From assembly GCA_004022145.1 (NCBI GenBank), contig RCNU01000001.1: DNA of 64,000 nt. The stretch is one strand, 5' to 3'. The position numbers were made by a program, and so were the translations under genes. The notes under the pieces are model-generated. The model searched no databases. It was not told the origin of the DNA and was given only the letters and a program-made list of their open reading frames with translations. This DNA is from Paecilomyces variotii. Taxonomy: Eukaryota. This document shows, one piece after another, positions 1-13,386 of the stretch (positions within the stretch are counted from its first letter, which is position 1; every line of letters begins with the position of its first letter).

Positions 1-3000
1 AGCTTGTCAATAAGTACGTTCGTATCTTTGGGGCCATCGTCCACGATATCATGCACCGTCTTTACGAGAGCTCCGAGTCTCTTGCGACGAATCGTCTCTT
101 CCAATTCTGCACTCTTTTGCTTGGCCACTTCCAGGACGGAATGAGGCAGGTTCGCTAGACGTGCGACGTTCAATCCGTAACTACGATGCGCGACACCCTC
201 GCCTACCTCGTAGAGAAATGTGATCTCTTCGTCGGTCCCGGATCCGGACTCGGTGAAGCGCATGTGCACATTACGTAGTTGATGGTCTGGGAAAGACTGG
301 GCCATGCTGGAGAGATGCTGATAGTGCGTGATGAAGAGGGTAAGACTGCGAGTTGAGCGGAGCATGTAGTCCAGGACGGCTTGTGCGATGGCCACTCCGT
401 CGTGGGTGGATGTTCCGCGGCCAAGTTCATCAAGGATGACTAGCGAACGGGGAGTAGCTTGTTTAAGTATGTCTGCTGTCTCTGACAGCTCGACCATAAA
501 GGTCGATTCACCAGCCATCATATTATCAAATGCGCCCATACGTGTGAAAACGGCATCAAGCATGCCAAGAGTCGCAGATTCCGCCGGCACATAAGAACCT
601 ATCTGGGCCATGATTGCAATGAGAGCGACCTGTCGGACATAACTCGACTTTCCGCCCATATTAGGGCCTGTGACGAGAAGAGCGCGCGTCTCATCGGTGC
701 TAAGGTTAGTATCATTTGGGACATAGCTGTCGAGAAGGAGCTGCTCGACCATTGGGTGACGACCTTTCTCTATAGAGATGCGCGTTTCTTCTGTGTATTG
801 GGGCTTGACGTAGCCCGGCTGGCTGGCAATGGCTGCCAGAGAAAGCAAGCAATCCAGCGTTGCCAGTGATTGAATGCAGTCTCGAAAAGACTGATAATTG
901 GCCGATATTTCCGCGAGAAACGCCATGAACGCCTTATCACAAGCAGCAGCCAGTGCCTCTTTGTGCTGATCCCGCTGACGGATCATCTTGATAACGTCCG
1001 GCGTATGGAAGCGCGAAAGCTTCTTCGTGCCGCTGATTTTGGCCCAGGAGGCAGGGACACGTTTCATAGATGGGGAGTTATTATCGACCTCAATGAGATA
1101 TTCGATACCAGCAACAGTGACGTAGTCGACTTTCTTCTTTCCAAGGGTCTCAGCTGCTACCGAGAGGTGCTCTTGTAACTCATGCTCGATACTTGCGATA
1201 CCGAGCTTTTGCTCAGTGATATCTTCGGTCTCGTGAGATTCCCTGAAGAAAGAGTATTTGTCATCGTTCTTTGCGGCGTGCATGTTGATTTTATCCAAGA
1301 AGCTGACCACGTCGTCTAGAATGATAGGGAGATAAGCAATGGCCTCACTGATCGCAGTGCAGCTGAACCCAGAATCCGCAGGTGTCTTGACATCAGAGAA
1401 CTCATTCGCGATCATCTGCATTGTTTGGAGGACAGTGAGAAGCTCGGGGCGGGTGCACTATTACTCATAAGTAAGCATGTGCGCTGCTAACGAAAAATAA
1501 CATCGCCATACCTTTCCGTAGTATATCCTGATAAGACTCTTTTCCAAGTCACTTTTCACCTTACCCAGTAGAGCTTTCAAGCGTTCGACGTGGACGGTCC
1601 GCTCCGGACTTTTCAGCTCCTCAACTGCGCTAACTCGCTCTTCCAACTTGGCTTTATCAAGCAAGGGCCGGCCAACCCATTTGCGAAGTAGTCTCTGTCC
1701 GAAGCGAGTACGCGTTCGATCCAGCGTCCAGAATAGACTGCCTTTGGTAGAATTGTCTGTTTGGTTCTGGTAGATCTCGAGACTCATCAACGTGTTGCCA
1801 TTGAGAAGCATGTGGGATCTTGCAGAGAATGACTGGAAATACTTGGTCAGGTCGAAGACATGCTCGAGACCGTACTCAGACATGTGTTTGATCATCGCAG
1901 ATAGACATATAGTGACTTGTTCTGGAAGATTCAACACTTTCTGGAGGAGATTGCTGGCATGGGTATCATTGGCGGTGCCGGGGGCCTTCATCTTAGTTGC
2001 ATAGAAGCTTGAAACGTGACTATGGGACTCTGCAGCTGTGGTTTTTGATCGTGCAACTCTTTCCACCCGGATCTTGTCCCCAAAAACATTCGTTTTGCTT
2101 CCAGAAAGATGCCGCACAAGCTTCTCTGTAGCTTTTGAGAGCTCACCAACAATGAGGAATTCACAAGGAGCGATATGCAACAAACGCGTCTCGATTTCGC
2201 TTCTCATAAATCCGTCCTCGAAGTCGTCATATATGATATCGCCCGTAGCAGGTTGGACAGCGATAATGCCGACATGAACCTTCTCATCTGTACCCAGGGC
2301 TTTGGTATTTGTCTCCGTTATGCAGAGCAAGTATCCAGTAGCAGGGGATGCACCACCGGATGCAGCGGCAGTAGGCTCGCCCAATCCTTCTACATCATCG
2401 ATATAGGTTCCCTTTGTGTAGAGATTCGTGAGCTTGCGAACAAATGGGGCGTTGCGGTTGTCGCCTGCGGCTTTCAGGGCAGCTGTTTCGATCTGCCTCA
2501 CCACTCCAACCTTATGTCCAGCAGCGACCAAACGTTTTACATGGACATGCAGTCGGTGCACGGGTATACTCGCCGAGGCAAAGCGGTCCAGGTGTGCCTC
2601 AGAAGGGTCTGATTCCCAAACAGTCAGTCCGCATTCAGTGAAGACGTTGCAAAAAATAGGAACCAAGGATCAGTGATCACGTACGTTCATCAAACCTCAT
2701 CTTTCCCGGAATGCACACGATACTCAACTCCTTCGCAGCCACTCTGGCATCTTCACCAAAGAATCTGAATTTGTACCCGACCTCCACCACCAGGATTGTG
2801 TCCATGTGTTTACGCTTGATCTCAATGACCTGCTTCTCCATAGGCGTAAGCTTGCTACCACCCTTCTTCGAAGCTCCACCCCTTCCTTTCGTAGGCGGGG
2901 GTGCAGGCTCCTCATCCTCATCGCCTCCATCCTGAGCTTCAGCTGCAGCACTCTCTTCTTCCATAGCTGTTGGTCTCCCGATGCCTATAAGACAATCTGC

Positions 3001-3486
3001 GCCTCCGAGCCTCTTCACGAATTTCTGGTGTAGCTTGTCCTTCTCTCTGCGGACTTTATCAGTCTCACGCGAATCCTCATTTGATTGACTATCCACTCCC
3101 GTCTCCGAGACCTGAGAACTTCCAAACCGGAAACGCTCCGTCCGTCCAGCACTGCTAGAAGGGAAAGACTGGCTAGCCTTCTCCGGTTCTCCAGCCGACT
3201 CTTTCAGCGAGTCGTTCACTTTTGGTCTCTTCGGAGCAGGTGGTACGATATCCTCATCGTCATTTTCTTCCTCCGGCTCATATGTCCTAGCTTCATCCTT
3301 ATCATTCTCTTTTCCTGCAGCGACCTTCTTTTTCTCTGGTTGAGCGCTCCGCTCCTCAGCACAGCTTTTGGAGGCTCCATTTTCCGTCACAGGTGTCTTC
3401 TTGGTGAAGAAGCTCGAAATGGATTGTTGTTTTCGCTTGAGGCTTGGTGAGGACGACAAGGACGATTGAGACGATAAGGGCGGCAT
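1..3486 (-). CDS. MSH3: DNA mismatch repair protein Msh3 (MutS family); 3' end lies outside the window
   Basis: Exons 3486-2685, 2608-1512 and 1457-<1 with GT-AG introns. Motifs: N-terminal PIP-box-like KQQSISSFF, domain [17 protein letters not shown] (K at this position is Msh3-typical), P-loop [21 protein letters not shown]-terminal [10 protein letters not shown]. Confidence 0.96.
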
Positions 3487-3833
3487 ATTGCCATCCGTCG
3501 GCGACTAGAGACACTGCAGAATGAGAAACTGAGTGGACAGCGGAGAAATCGTGGTTGTAAAAAGAACAGAGGAGGAGTAGATATCAGAACGGGCGTATAA
3601 AATCTAGAAGGAGACGAGAATCCTGTCGACGCTGTCGCTTCCCATGTCTCCTCTAATTGCTGCTGCAAGTGTTTGTACTGAGCCACGCCTTCCAGCTAAC
3701 TTTGATTTCACTATCAGCCGATTCTTACCACAGTTGAGCCAGAGGACCAAAGAATAGATGCTGATGTTTTCGCAATGTAGTATCATCCGAATTCGCCGTC
3801 GCCTCCGCAGAGCTCTCAAAACGAGCGAGCTTG

Positions 3834-3852
3834 ACGCGTGCCGCTGACGCGC
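3834..3852. promoter_or_regulatory. MCB-like elements (ACGCGT, ACGCGC) upstream of MSH3
   Basis: ACGCGT at 3834-3839 and ACGCGC at 3847-3852, about 350 bp upstream of the MSH3 ATG. MCB boxes are the known G1/S element of fungal DNA replication and repair genes. Confidence 0.45.
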
Positions 3853-4431
3853 CACGGCGTTTCCCATTTAATTGGATTACCTAATTAACCATAGCCCATC
3901 GCAGTCGCTGATTAGGTATGTAGACACCAAACGGTGTGTATTTAGGGCTGAAAAGCTTTACCAGCTAATCAGCAGGCATATAATGAAGGGGTTTGAAAAT
4001 ACTACATGTATAGATAACGCTTATACGAGTAGTTCCGAACTCTCTCGCTTCGATTTTCACTAGAGAGACTACGTCTTGATTACAAACTTCGAATGTAGGA
4101 CACAACTTACTAGAAATTGAGGTCGTAATGCTAGGGTACATGCCATATGGCTATTATGACAGGAATAAGAACGCCATCTCTGTAACAATTTTAGTGTACA
4201 GCAATAAAGTTAATGCCATGATGAACGAAGAACACGGAATGAGCCGCGCCGCAACCTGGACAAGAATGGGCTGCAATAGAAAAAGCCATCATGCGTTTTA
4301 GGGTCATTGCGGGTTGCTACAACAGAATATAACGAGCAGAGAGCTCTATAGTCGGAGTGAAAGACAAGAAGGCTGCGAGCGCAGTTAGTAAATATACCTC
4401 GTCAAAAAAAAAAAAAAAAACAACCCCGTAA

Positions 4432-6255
4432 TTAGTCAGAACATCCGTCCAAGTATAGACGCCCAACATCATCTTGACCCATTTCAGAAATAGTTGAATC
4501 AGTCGAAACAGCCCGCTTAATCTTTGGTGTACTCGAGGCTGAACTGGCGATTGCTGCAAACGTCTTATCGTCATTAAGTGGAAAGTGCTGATACGAGGAG
4601 GCCAACGGGTTAGAGGAATATCCGGACAGGTCGTTACCGCCAAAAGTGCCAAAGTCAACATGGTTACTACTGTCTCCGTAAAAGTACTGCGAGAGATATC
4701 TATCTTCCTCATATTGCTGTTTTGTCCAGGAGGCATGCCACGAAATGAGAGGGTCGATTCTCCCCTGACAGTTGAGAATGGGCTCGATGTTCTCCTTCTC
4801 AGTCATGTAGCGGTGGGACGAGCTTGGTGCAGCGGTTGAATACCCCTTATTGGTGATTGATGACTGAAGATGGCCAGCAGCTCCTGACTGATGGCGATGC
4901 TGCGAGGGAAGCGAAGGTGGATCACCGTCCCGGAACTGATCCTTTGCTGCATTCTTGAAGGGCCTCCATTCGTCGGCGAAGACCCTGAATCCGCCACGGG
5001 GCTTTTCATCAAAGCTGCCCAGTGTCAGTCTGAGGTCGCTCTCATCGTCTACAAGAGATGAGTAATAGCTTCCGTGGTTGCCAAACGGCCGACTACCTCC
5101 GGGGTTCTCAAGTAACGGGAGTGCTTGTCGAGACAGCTCCTCCAGAGAGTGATCCCGACCGTAATTGGATCTTTTCTTAGCTCTTTGCCTATCATAAGGA
5201 TACCGCGAGGCTGCGTTGGGGTCGGATTGTGAAAGCGGACCACGCTTCGGGCGGACAGCGCGACGTTTAGGGATCGGAGTCTCGCCCTTGAGTGGACTGG
5301 AGTCATCGACATTGCCAGATATGAACCGCTCCTTCCGTAGGATGCCTGTAGGGGAAAAGACCATCTCGGTGGGTTCAATGCTCTCTGACGTCTTCTCCAT
5401 CATTTTGAGGATGCTGCCATCCTTCTTCTGGTTCCGTTTCCGTCTCATCTGCTCTGTGGCCGAATCGAATATGTCCATGCCAGGCCACAGGACACCTTTC
5501 AGCCTTGCCATCTCATCCACCCGTTCCCTCTCATCTTCATTATCGTCAAGGTATCCATAGGTCTGGTCATCATCGACGAAGGGATCAGAACCGGCTGAGC
5601 GGGGGAAGGAGAGGGGCATCTGACCCCGAGGTGCATCGAGTCCGTCAGACCAAGGGGGTGTAGCATGCAAGACAGACACAGATTCATCTCCAGAGTGGGA
5701 TTCTCGCTCGATTTTCCAAGGGCCAGACCCCACCCGTGTGGGAGATTCTGCTGGGACGACCGGACAGACTGGCCAGTGTTGCGTACGGATGTCAGTTATC
5801 TCGTTTGAGCGCGAAGCATTGTACCCAGTCGAGGACGGTTGGTCTCTGATTCCACTTGCATTATCAAAACATGACTGGGAAAGACGAGGGTCAAGGAAAT
5901 CGGGCAGGAAGTTCTGGGTTACGAAGGTGTTGGCTTTTGCAGACGAGGACTTGCGTGTTGTAGCCCTCTTAGTGGATGTCGAAGTCGTAGGCAGGGATCG
6001 ACCGTGAGTTTTATTTTTCCGTGCTTCTTTCGAAGCCATCCGATCTGACAGCAGTTTGGCCAAGTTATTGACCTTGTACCAACGGTCATACTGCTCCAGC
6101 ATATGACCTGCGTGAGGTTCCTGGTGACTGCGGACCTGAAGCTTGAAGTAATGGGATAGATGGGCTTTGGAAGAGACATGGGTGAGAAGGTGAGAGACAT
6201 CGCTGAACCGGGGCTGCTTGGGGCAGATGTTGCACCACAGAGCATCGGGATCCAT
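4432..6255 (-). CDS. Uncharacterised protein with an N-terminal C2H2/matrin-like zinc finger
   Basis: Long intronless ORF (track 4432-6387). Likely start is MDPDALWC at 6255. Contains CxxC...HLLTHVSSKAH and a central LKGVLWPGMDIFDSATEQMRRKRNQKKD block with an NLS-like basic stretch; the rest is low complexity. Confidence 0.8.
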   Translation of the reverse strand: MDPDALWCNICPKQPRFSDVSHLLTHVSSKAHLSHYFKLQVRSHQEPHAGHMLEQYDRWYKVNNLAKLLSDRMASKEARKNKTHGRSLPTTSTSTKRATTRKSSSAKANTFVTQNFLPDFLDPRLSQSCFDNASGIRDQPSSTGYNASRSNEITDIRTQHWPVCPVVPAESPTRVGSGPWKIERESHSGDESVSVLHATPPWSDGLDAPRGQMPLSFPRSAGSDPFVDDDQTYGYLDDNEDERERVDEMARLKGVLWPGMDIFDSATEQMRRKRNQKKDGSILKMMEKTSESIEPTEMVFSPTGILRKERFISGNVDDSSPLKGETPIPKRRAVRPKRGPLSQSDPNAASRYPYDRQRAKKRSNYGRDHSLEELSRQALPLLENPGGSRPFGNHGSYYSSLVDDESDLRLTLGSFDEKPRGGFRVFADEWRPFKNAAKDQFRDGDPPSLPSQHRHQSGAAGHLQSSITNKGYSTAAPSSSHRYMTEKENIEPILNCQGRIDPLISWHASWTKQQYEEDRYLSQYFYGDSSNHVDFGTFGGNDLSGYSSNPLASSYQHFPLNDDKTFAAIASSASSTPKIKRAVSTDSTISEMGQDDVGRLYLDGCSD

Positions 6256-6921
6256 CCTGGGACAATAGAAACAAATCAATGCAAAGAAACAAAGAGGAAG
6301 CAACAGGTAAGAGATGCGGATCGTTGCTTGCTGAAGAAGAAACAAAAGACGAAGAGCGACCCCTGGGAATACTCGCCGCTTTCTCAATGCGTCTCCAGCA
6401 AAAAGAAACGATGAGTATTAAAGAAGCGACGAGTATAGAGATGAAGAGGAGCAGAAGGGAGCATCCATACTGTTCTCATTGCGGGGCTCGAGGGCAAGAA
6501 GAACAGCTGCCAATTGATGGCAGTGACGTCCCCAGTGCAGGAAGGATCTCGTCTACAGCGGAGAGAGACACCGGGGAAGGAACCACACCGGCCGGCCGCT
6601 CTGGCTCGTGCAAATGGTAATAATAACGGTAATTAGCGATATTGGAGGTAAAGTCGTTATCAAGATTAATTGGATTGGCATTCTCATCTGCTAACCTTAC
6701 TGGCTATACAAGTATGTCACACCCCGTCTTAACAGCCGTTGCCAGGCAATTGTGAGTTTAGGAAGAAGCGGAAATAAGTCGCGGTGCGTTGATTGATCTT
6801 CTCCTGCCTTGTATCCCAGCTTCCAGAGATGAAAGAAAGTGGGTTATTAGATTGCAGGAGGTGGTGCGAGAAGTCTCAGGCCTACGTCGATGGATCACCT
6901 TTTATCCTGCCACGAATATTT

Positions 6922-8149
6922 TTATTGCTTTGCTAGGTGCTTCGATATAATCTCCTTAGGCATACAACTGATCACTGGTTAGCTCGTGTTTCGTGGCGTT
7001 GGAAGAATAGCATCGCTTACTAGACTGGATCTACTTCCTTGAGGCCATCGTACCCCAGTAAGCTTAGACCAGCAATGGAAAATACCGTATGGTAGACATC
7101 AACCATGTGGCCTGGCCGATCAGCTATACCGCCTGCTTCCGGGTCCTGTTGCGGTTAGTTTCTGATCGAATAAAAATATGGGAACATGACTCTTACCTGA
7201 CAACGCAGGACAAAAGCAGTCAGTCTGTCGCCATTAATCCAATGAAGCCTTCCAATAATGGCTAAGCTGGAGGCAGTCCACCAGCTATAACATGCATCCT
7301 CTAGTTTTTCAGGACGTCCGTTCAGTCCGCCGTTCTCCAGCTGTCGCTCGCTGAGCCAGCTGCCCAGTCGATCTTTGTCCACGAGATCTAGACGCCCGGC
7401 GATTGCTAGTGCCGCGACACAAGTCAGGACTTGTCCCGCATGCGACTCAGCGCCGGGACGCACGCCGTAGGCTCCATCTAAGTTGGCGCACTGCTGAACG
7501 TAGGAGACGGCCTTGGATACATCAACCCGATCGAGAAGTCCTAGTAAGGACAGCGCCAGCAACGCGCCGTAGAGGAAACGGGTGTCCGTCTCTCCCCATT
7601 CGTCTCCCTTGAAAGTGCCAGTTTCTCGATCCTGAAGACCTGCGATGACTGAAACCTAAGTTTAGCACACTGCCCGGAACATCATATCAGCCTGGCATGA
7701 GCATGAACATACAAGATCCAACCTTCTCCCTCCCGCCACGGCCGCGTTTCTCCAGTTCGTCGAGACCATCGACCATAACCAGAATCTGGACCGCGGAAAC
7801 CGTGTACAGCATATGCGCATCATGACCGGGAGCGGCTCCAAACCCTCCGTTGTCCTGCTGACAGGACAGCACGAAGTCTATGGTTTCGTCTCGAGGCAGA
7901 GCCTCAGGATGATTGAGGAGATGTAGCGCTGTTAACCCCCAATAGACGCCATTGAGGCGCAGATGCTCCGTCAGCCAGTATTCCAGTTCATCTTTCCGCT
8001 GGCGCAGGCGTCAGTCCGAAGATCAGCCTCGCTGGCGGAAGGAAACGCACAGTGTCTAGGCTTTTGATATAGTCGACATGCTTCTGAACGTAGAGCTTCT
8101 GGTCGGCAGCTACCCCGCTCCCCCTGCCAGGGCCTGAGACAAGCGACAT
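6922..8149 (-). CDS. BET2: Rab geranylgeranyltransferase (type II) beta subunit
   Basis: Spliced. [55 protein letters not shown] segment, [34 protein letters not shown]; ends [15 protein letters not shown]. Confidence 0.95.
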
Positions 8150-11100
8150 TATCACGCACGGTTCCACCAGAGGTGTGGGAGGGCGAGCACGGATTCTCTC
8201 CGCGCAAGAGAGAGGAAGAGTAACTAGTTGGGTACGTAGAATGACCAGGGGGCGGCCCAGCAAGCAGACTTTCGAATGACAGCGGGATTGCACGATCGGG
8301 GGCTCTACTTTGGACGATCCGAAGAGGGGATCATATCGCCACAGCCGCGTCGTGCCAGCGCGTTGTAGCGGAGAAGTCACATCCGCTTACTGTGGTAAGT
8401 AAGAGCAGGGAGTCAGAAGGAGGAAAAGGATCTGATTCTGGGCGGACGGGAGACGAAACAAGCGAGGCACGTGCTGGCATTAAGCCTCAGGCTGCAACGG
8501 AACCGAGAAGAGCGTGTTTCAGCCTGCAGTGGAGCCGTAGACTACTTACTCCTGGGCGTGCCTGGCGTGCCCCTTGGCCCCTGCTCAACGGGCTCTTCGT
8601 CGTGGTGGATGGTCTCCATTATTATTGTTATCCATTATTAGTATTATTAGTAGTACCCCTTAGGACGTATCATTCTATCAGGATTATAGTTCTGGGTTCT
8701 GGTTGTATTTGCTGTTATCGTTCGTTTAACTATCATTCGCGGATGAAGACGGGTTCTTCATCTGGGACTGCTTTGCATCCCATGGTCAGGGCCCAGGACC
8801 ACGGTAAAACTCCGGAATGGGTTCCCGTTGTTGTGGTTAGTTAACTTAACCGACTCTCAGGTACAGACCTATTATTAATTGATTACTCTACCCATTTACA
8901 CACCACTGTTCTCATAGGGGTTAGATATTCTTATCGCGTGCATGAGACCCAGCGGTAGTGGATTGGATCCAGGGTATAAGTTTAGAGATAAAAAGAAAAG
9001 AAAAAAAGAAGAAGAAGAAAGAAAGAAAGTAAGAAAGAAAGCACCCGGCAGATAGGGGCCCCAAGTAATGCCTGCTCTACCAGTACTGCTGCCACTGTCG
9101 GTAAGTCGAGGCTATGTATTATCATCATTGTTCAGATGAGGTCATGTTCCGTTGAATTGTAAAATTCTCAGTGTCGATAGTAGTAGTAGTTAGTTAGCAG
9201 TTGCTCATTAATTACTATAAACCGTCGACTTGCCTGAAGTCGCCTAGCCATCAGATCCCAGGACCCAGGATAACCACGGTCCGCCACCTTTTTAACAGAT
9301 CCACTCCAACCGCTCGAAGTGACAGGAAAATGGTCGCAGAAAGTCTTCGTGCCGCACTATGGGAGGCTGGTCGTGCTTAGCGTCCTGCACACCGCATCTT
9401 GACCAACGCATCTCTGTTGTTCTGCAAGCTGTGAGAACGAACTTACTACTGTCTTTGATCTGCCAACGCGTCGTCCCTGGGGACGGGCCAATACAATAGT
9501 CGCATCGGGTGCCGGAGGTACATCATCCCGCCTGGATGACGGCGTTTGTTGTTCACCAATAACGCCCAGAGACCCCTGTGGAACCGTTCGATCTATCGGT
9601 GACACGGTGTGGTGGTTTACCATAGTAGGAGTGGTGGGAGTTCTGAGGACTAACCGACTTCCACGACAGAAACGATCCCAATCCCAGAGAACTCAAAACC
9701 CCATCCCGACAATAATAATCACGGGACAGGCACTTATCCGCCTCCCCAACCCTCGATCGACAGCCTCGTCCCGCCAGTCAGCGTTCTGCGAGCAGCGTCA
9801 TCGTTATTTCCCCGGGGGCGTGCTCCCATCGTGGATTGTCAATCGGATCGGATCTGCGCTGTGGAACTCTCGAAAAGAAACGACATGGCTGTGGCTCAGA
9901 ACAACAAGCGGAGGGGCGCTCGTCTGTGTGTAAATGTGTCGCGAGTCCACTGCTTGACTCCATACGCCCAGCCCAATTGCCATCCCCACTACGAACTATT
10001 ACTACTACAGTACTACTTGTCTGCTCCCCTTAAAACGGACCCGGCTTAGCTTGACACACAGCCGTGCGTGCATAACGCTACCAAGGTGGAATGTATCGTC
10101 GCCGCGAGAGGAGCCTTTGACCGGTCCAGAGTGAGTCCGGAGCCTCCTGCCATCGCCCGTTCTGGGGGGAGATACCAAGTCAAACTGTAGACTGAACGGC
10201 CTCTCTCCTGGACTTACTACTTATCCTCTACAAACTGTTTACTCTCGAACTCGACCCTGACGGTGTCGCCCAGACCTCTCGTCAACAAATCACCTCGACT
10301 CGACTCGACCTTCTCAGGCCAGGCACACGTGGAGTCGCCGCGCAATCTCCTCGTTCGGTTTTAGGTCCGTCCCTGTTAATCTACGCCAGAACCTCCGTCG
10401 GTAGTCGTTGTGGTGGTCAGTTCCCCTCATCTGCGTCTGCGGGCAACTGGGCATTTGGAGGTCGCACGAGAGGACAATCACACCAGACTGCTCTTTCAGA
10501 GAAGATAACAAAAGAAAAGAGGGAAAGGGGAAAAAATAAAATAAAATCGGGGAGGATCCCAGATATCATGACGACTGCGGTGTGGTGAGTCCTAATCCTA
10601 TCGGTTTTAGTTTCCTATCATCAACACGTCGCCATGGTGGGAGATTCATTCTTCGTCGGGGCGTCTCCAAGTGAAGGAGTCGACCACTTGCCGGATTCAA
10701 CAGTCACCAGTGATTCAGTAAGAATGATAATAACGACAGTATCGTTGTCTGGCTGGGCTGCCACTTATTATTCTGATTATTCGAGTCCCTTTGTTGGCTA
10801 GGCCCTGACCCTCCCTCCACGTTCCCCCCTGCCTCGACTTTCCCCAGTCCTGATCAACTAGCCTGCCCCCCGACGGTCCTTGCTTTTCCCTATCTATCTG
10901 TTGCAGCACGTTCCGTTCTAACTAGTTATTCTACTTGCAGACTGATTGTCAAGAAAACCTCTATACTTTGCCGTGCCTCTTTGGATCTGCAACGGAAGCA
11001 CGCAGTGCCTGCACGGTCAGGTGTCAGCAGCCATAGTCTGCGAGGTATCTCGACGCAGAACGTCCTCGTTACAACCGCCGTGCAGACTGGACATTGGGAT

Positions 11101-11261
11101 AATTCAAGTTGAGATATACTGTTGAAGAAAGCTCTATGCTACCTGGTTGTTTGTATCGGCTCGTGGCACCTGTTCGAGACACTCCAGCACCTCAAAAGTC
11201 CGGCTGCGCGCAGAGTACATGTCCCGTGAAGAGATAGTACGAGTAATACAGTCGAGTCAAG

Positions 11262-13386
11262 ATGTCTCCCAAATCATCTTCTAGACATTCCGTCATCCCC
11301 AATCTGGATCTCAGTTCCTCCAGTTTCGATGCCCCCGGAAAGAATCCATCTCCCCTGACCCCCGGCGCCCCAAGCTCGGATGGATTGAGTCCTCTCACGC
11401 CCCGTTCACCACGGTCAACGCCTAGTTCACCGTTCGCGAAATCGACAATCCGGCCAGTGACTCAATGGGCCTCCAAACCAGATGATCAGTTTCTTCGTGC
11501 CGGTTCTCCTAACCCAACCGGGGAGCCTGGCACTCCGAGCCTCACGGCCATCCCCCAATATCCGCCGTCGCCAAGGGAATCCCCGAAGCATAACCGTGAC
11601 CCGTCACGGTCATTCTTTGCGAACTTGAAAGCAACAAGGTCATCACACAAGATCCACACCTCTGACGGATCCGTGAATTCAGATAACTCAAAGAGTCGAG
11701 GAAGCTCAAGGGATCGGACGATATATGGCACCCGCCACCATGGTTCGAGCCCGGATCTGCTTTCATCTGTTGAAGGGACTGGAGAGGGAAAGGGTAAGAG
11801 TCCATTCTTTTTAACTTGGGCGCACAATTATAGCGCGTTGCTAACGTTCAGGCATAGGTGGTGAGGGCTCAGAAGATCCTCTTGGACAGGGGGGTCTCCA
11901 TCCTAAGAAGGTTCCAACAGAGCCTGAAAATGGCCATGTTGTTGTTTCAAAGAAGAGCAAGCCTCGTTTTGCCAACCTTCTGTCGCGCTCACGCTCGATA
12001 AGACACGATGATGGAACTTCCTCCCGAGCTACCCCCGTCCGGCGTCCGTCGACCGGTTTGGCGAGACTGGAAGAACGCAGCCAACGAGAATTGGAGGAAC
12101 CGAAGACTGCTCCTCTCCGCCATGAACGGATCGGGAAAGACGGTACACCAGCTGTTCGGAACCGTTCAACGGACCGTTTGGGGGAGAATGGCAGTGCAGC
12201 TGGAAAGAAGGGCGGAGCCGCTATGGTGACATCGGCCTCATTCAGCCAAGTGTCAGGCGCGTCAGTTGCCCTCTTCAGTAACATCAAGCAGTCATCTACC
12301 AGCACGGCAGATCGCATAGGTAGAGTCGGAAAGGGCTTCTTCGGCAAGATCACGCGAAGTGGCAGCACCAACGAGCGGGAGCTGCTCAATGATGACTCGT
12401 ATACCTGCTCTGTGATCAATCTGCCTCTGATTGAACAGACACGACGCACGCGTATTGCTAAACGCCTGGAAGACTGCAAGGACAAGACCGAATTTTGGAT
12501 GCCGGCTCTGCCCTATCGCTGCATTGAGTGAGCAGCCCCACCTAGACATTATTAGTTTGATTAGGATGCTAATTATCGATCCAGCTATCTCAACTTCAAA
12601 GGATGCGAAGAGGAGGGCTTGTACCGCGTTCCTGGCAGTGGTAGAGAAGTTAAGCATTGGCAGCGGCGATTCGACTCGGGTAAGTGTATCTTGGACGCCG
12701 TTATAGCTAGGTCGCCAGCTAATCCCGCTTCTGCAGAACTTGATATCAATCTGTTCGATGAACCCGAACTGTACGATATCAATATCATTGGCTCCATGTT
12801 CAAGGCATGGCTCCGTGAACTGCCAGACGAGTTATTCCCGAAGTCGACACAGGCTATGATCGCAGAGAAATGCGAGGGTGCAACAACCGCCCCGCAGATG
12901 CTGAAGGATGAGCTCTCCAAACTGCCGCCTTACAACTACTATCTTCTCTTCGCCATTACCTGTCACTTGAACCTTCTCCATTCCTACGTGGACCAGAACA
13001 AGATGGACTACCGCAATCTATGTATCTGCTTCCAGCCTTGCATGAAGATTGATGGGTTCTGTTTCCAGTTCCTGGTCTGTGACTGGAAGAACTGCTGGCA
13101 AGGATGCTGGACTGAAAAAGAATGGCTTCAAAACGAAAAGGAGGCAGCTGTGAAAGCTGCCAAGGAGAAGGAGAACCCGGTTCCTGCGTCCTCTCAGGGT
13201 TCGACTAACGACGAACGCGCTATCTCTTCGTCGGGGAGCAGCCAGCATGGACAGGAAGAGAGCTCCACTCATTCCAGCAGTCCACGAGGACGCAAAGCCC
13301 CTCCAAAGCGCTTGGACAACACCCACATGCGGAGCGCGTCTCAGCTCCCAGAACTTGGACCACCGCTCTCGCCGATCCACATCTAG
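11262..13386 (+). CDS. Rho GTPase-activating protein (C-terminal RhoGAP domain, Ser/Pro-rich N-terminus)
   Basis: Four exons (about 11262-11793, 11858-12527, 12584-12679, 12737-13386). Arginine-finger motif EEGLYRVPGS, plus SMFKAWLRELP and NKMDYRNLCICFQP. Confidence 0.92.

Noticed and set aside
4404..4420. Poly-A and other simple repeats ((TA)n ~17787, (GAA)n ~20151 and ~23881, (CT)n ~24872, A-rich 8989-9040)
   Set aside because: Ordinary microsatellites with no sign of retro-insertion or spacer structure.
6256..6387. N-terminal extension of the 651-aa ORF (MRKRRVFPG...LCFFALICF)
   Set aside because: It begins at a non-ATG codon and is a pyrimidine-rich UTR-like stretch. The first ATG in a plausible context is at 6255.
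8392..8844. 150-aa plus-strand ORF
   Set aside because: Non-ATG start, runs through TAT/TAG low-complexity repeats, no recognisable motif, and lies in the BET2 promoter.
11841..12485. Long antisense or alternate-frame ORFs (also 14117-14815, 14532-15137, 39519-40304, 48532-49191)
   Set aside because: Shadows of real genes on the opposite strand or in another frame; no independent coding signal.
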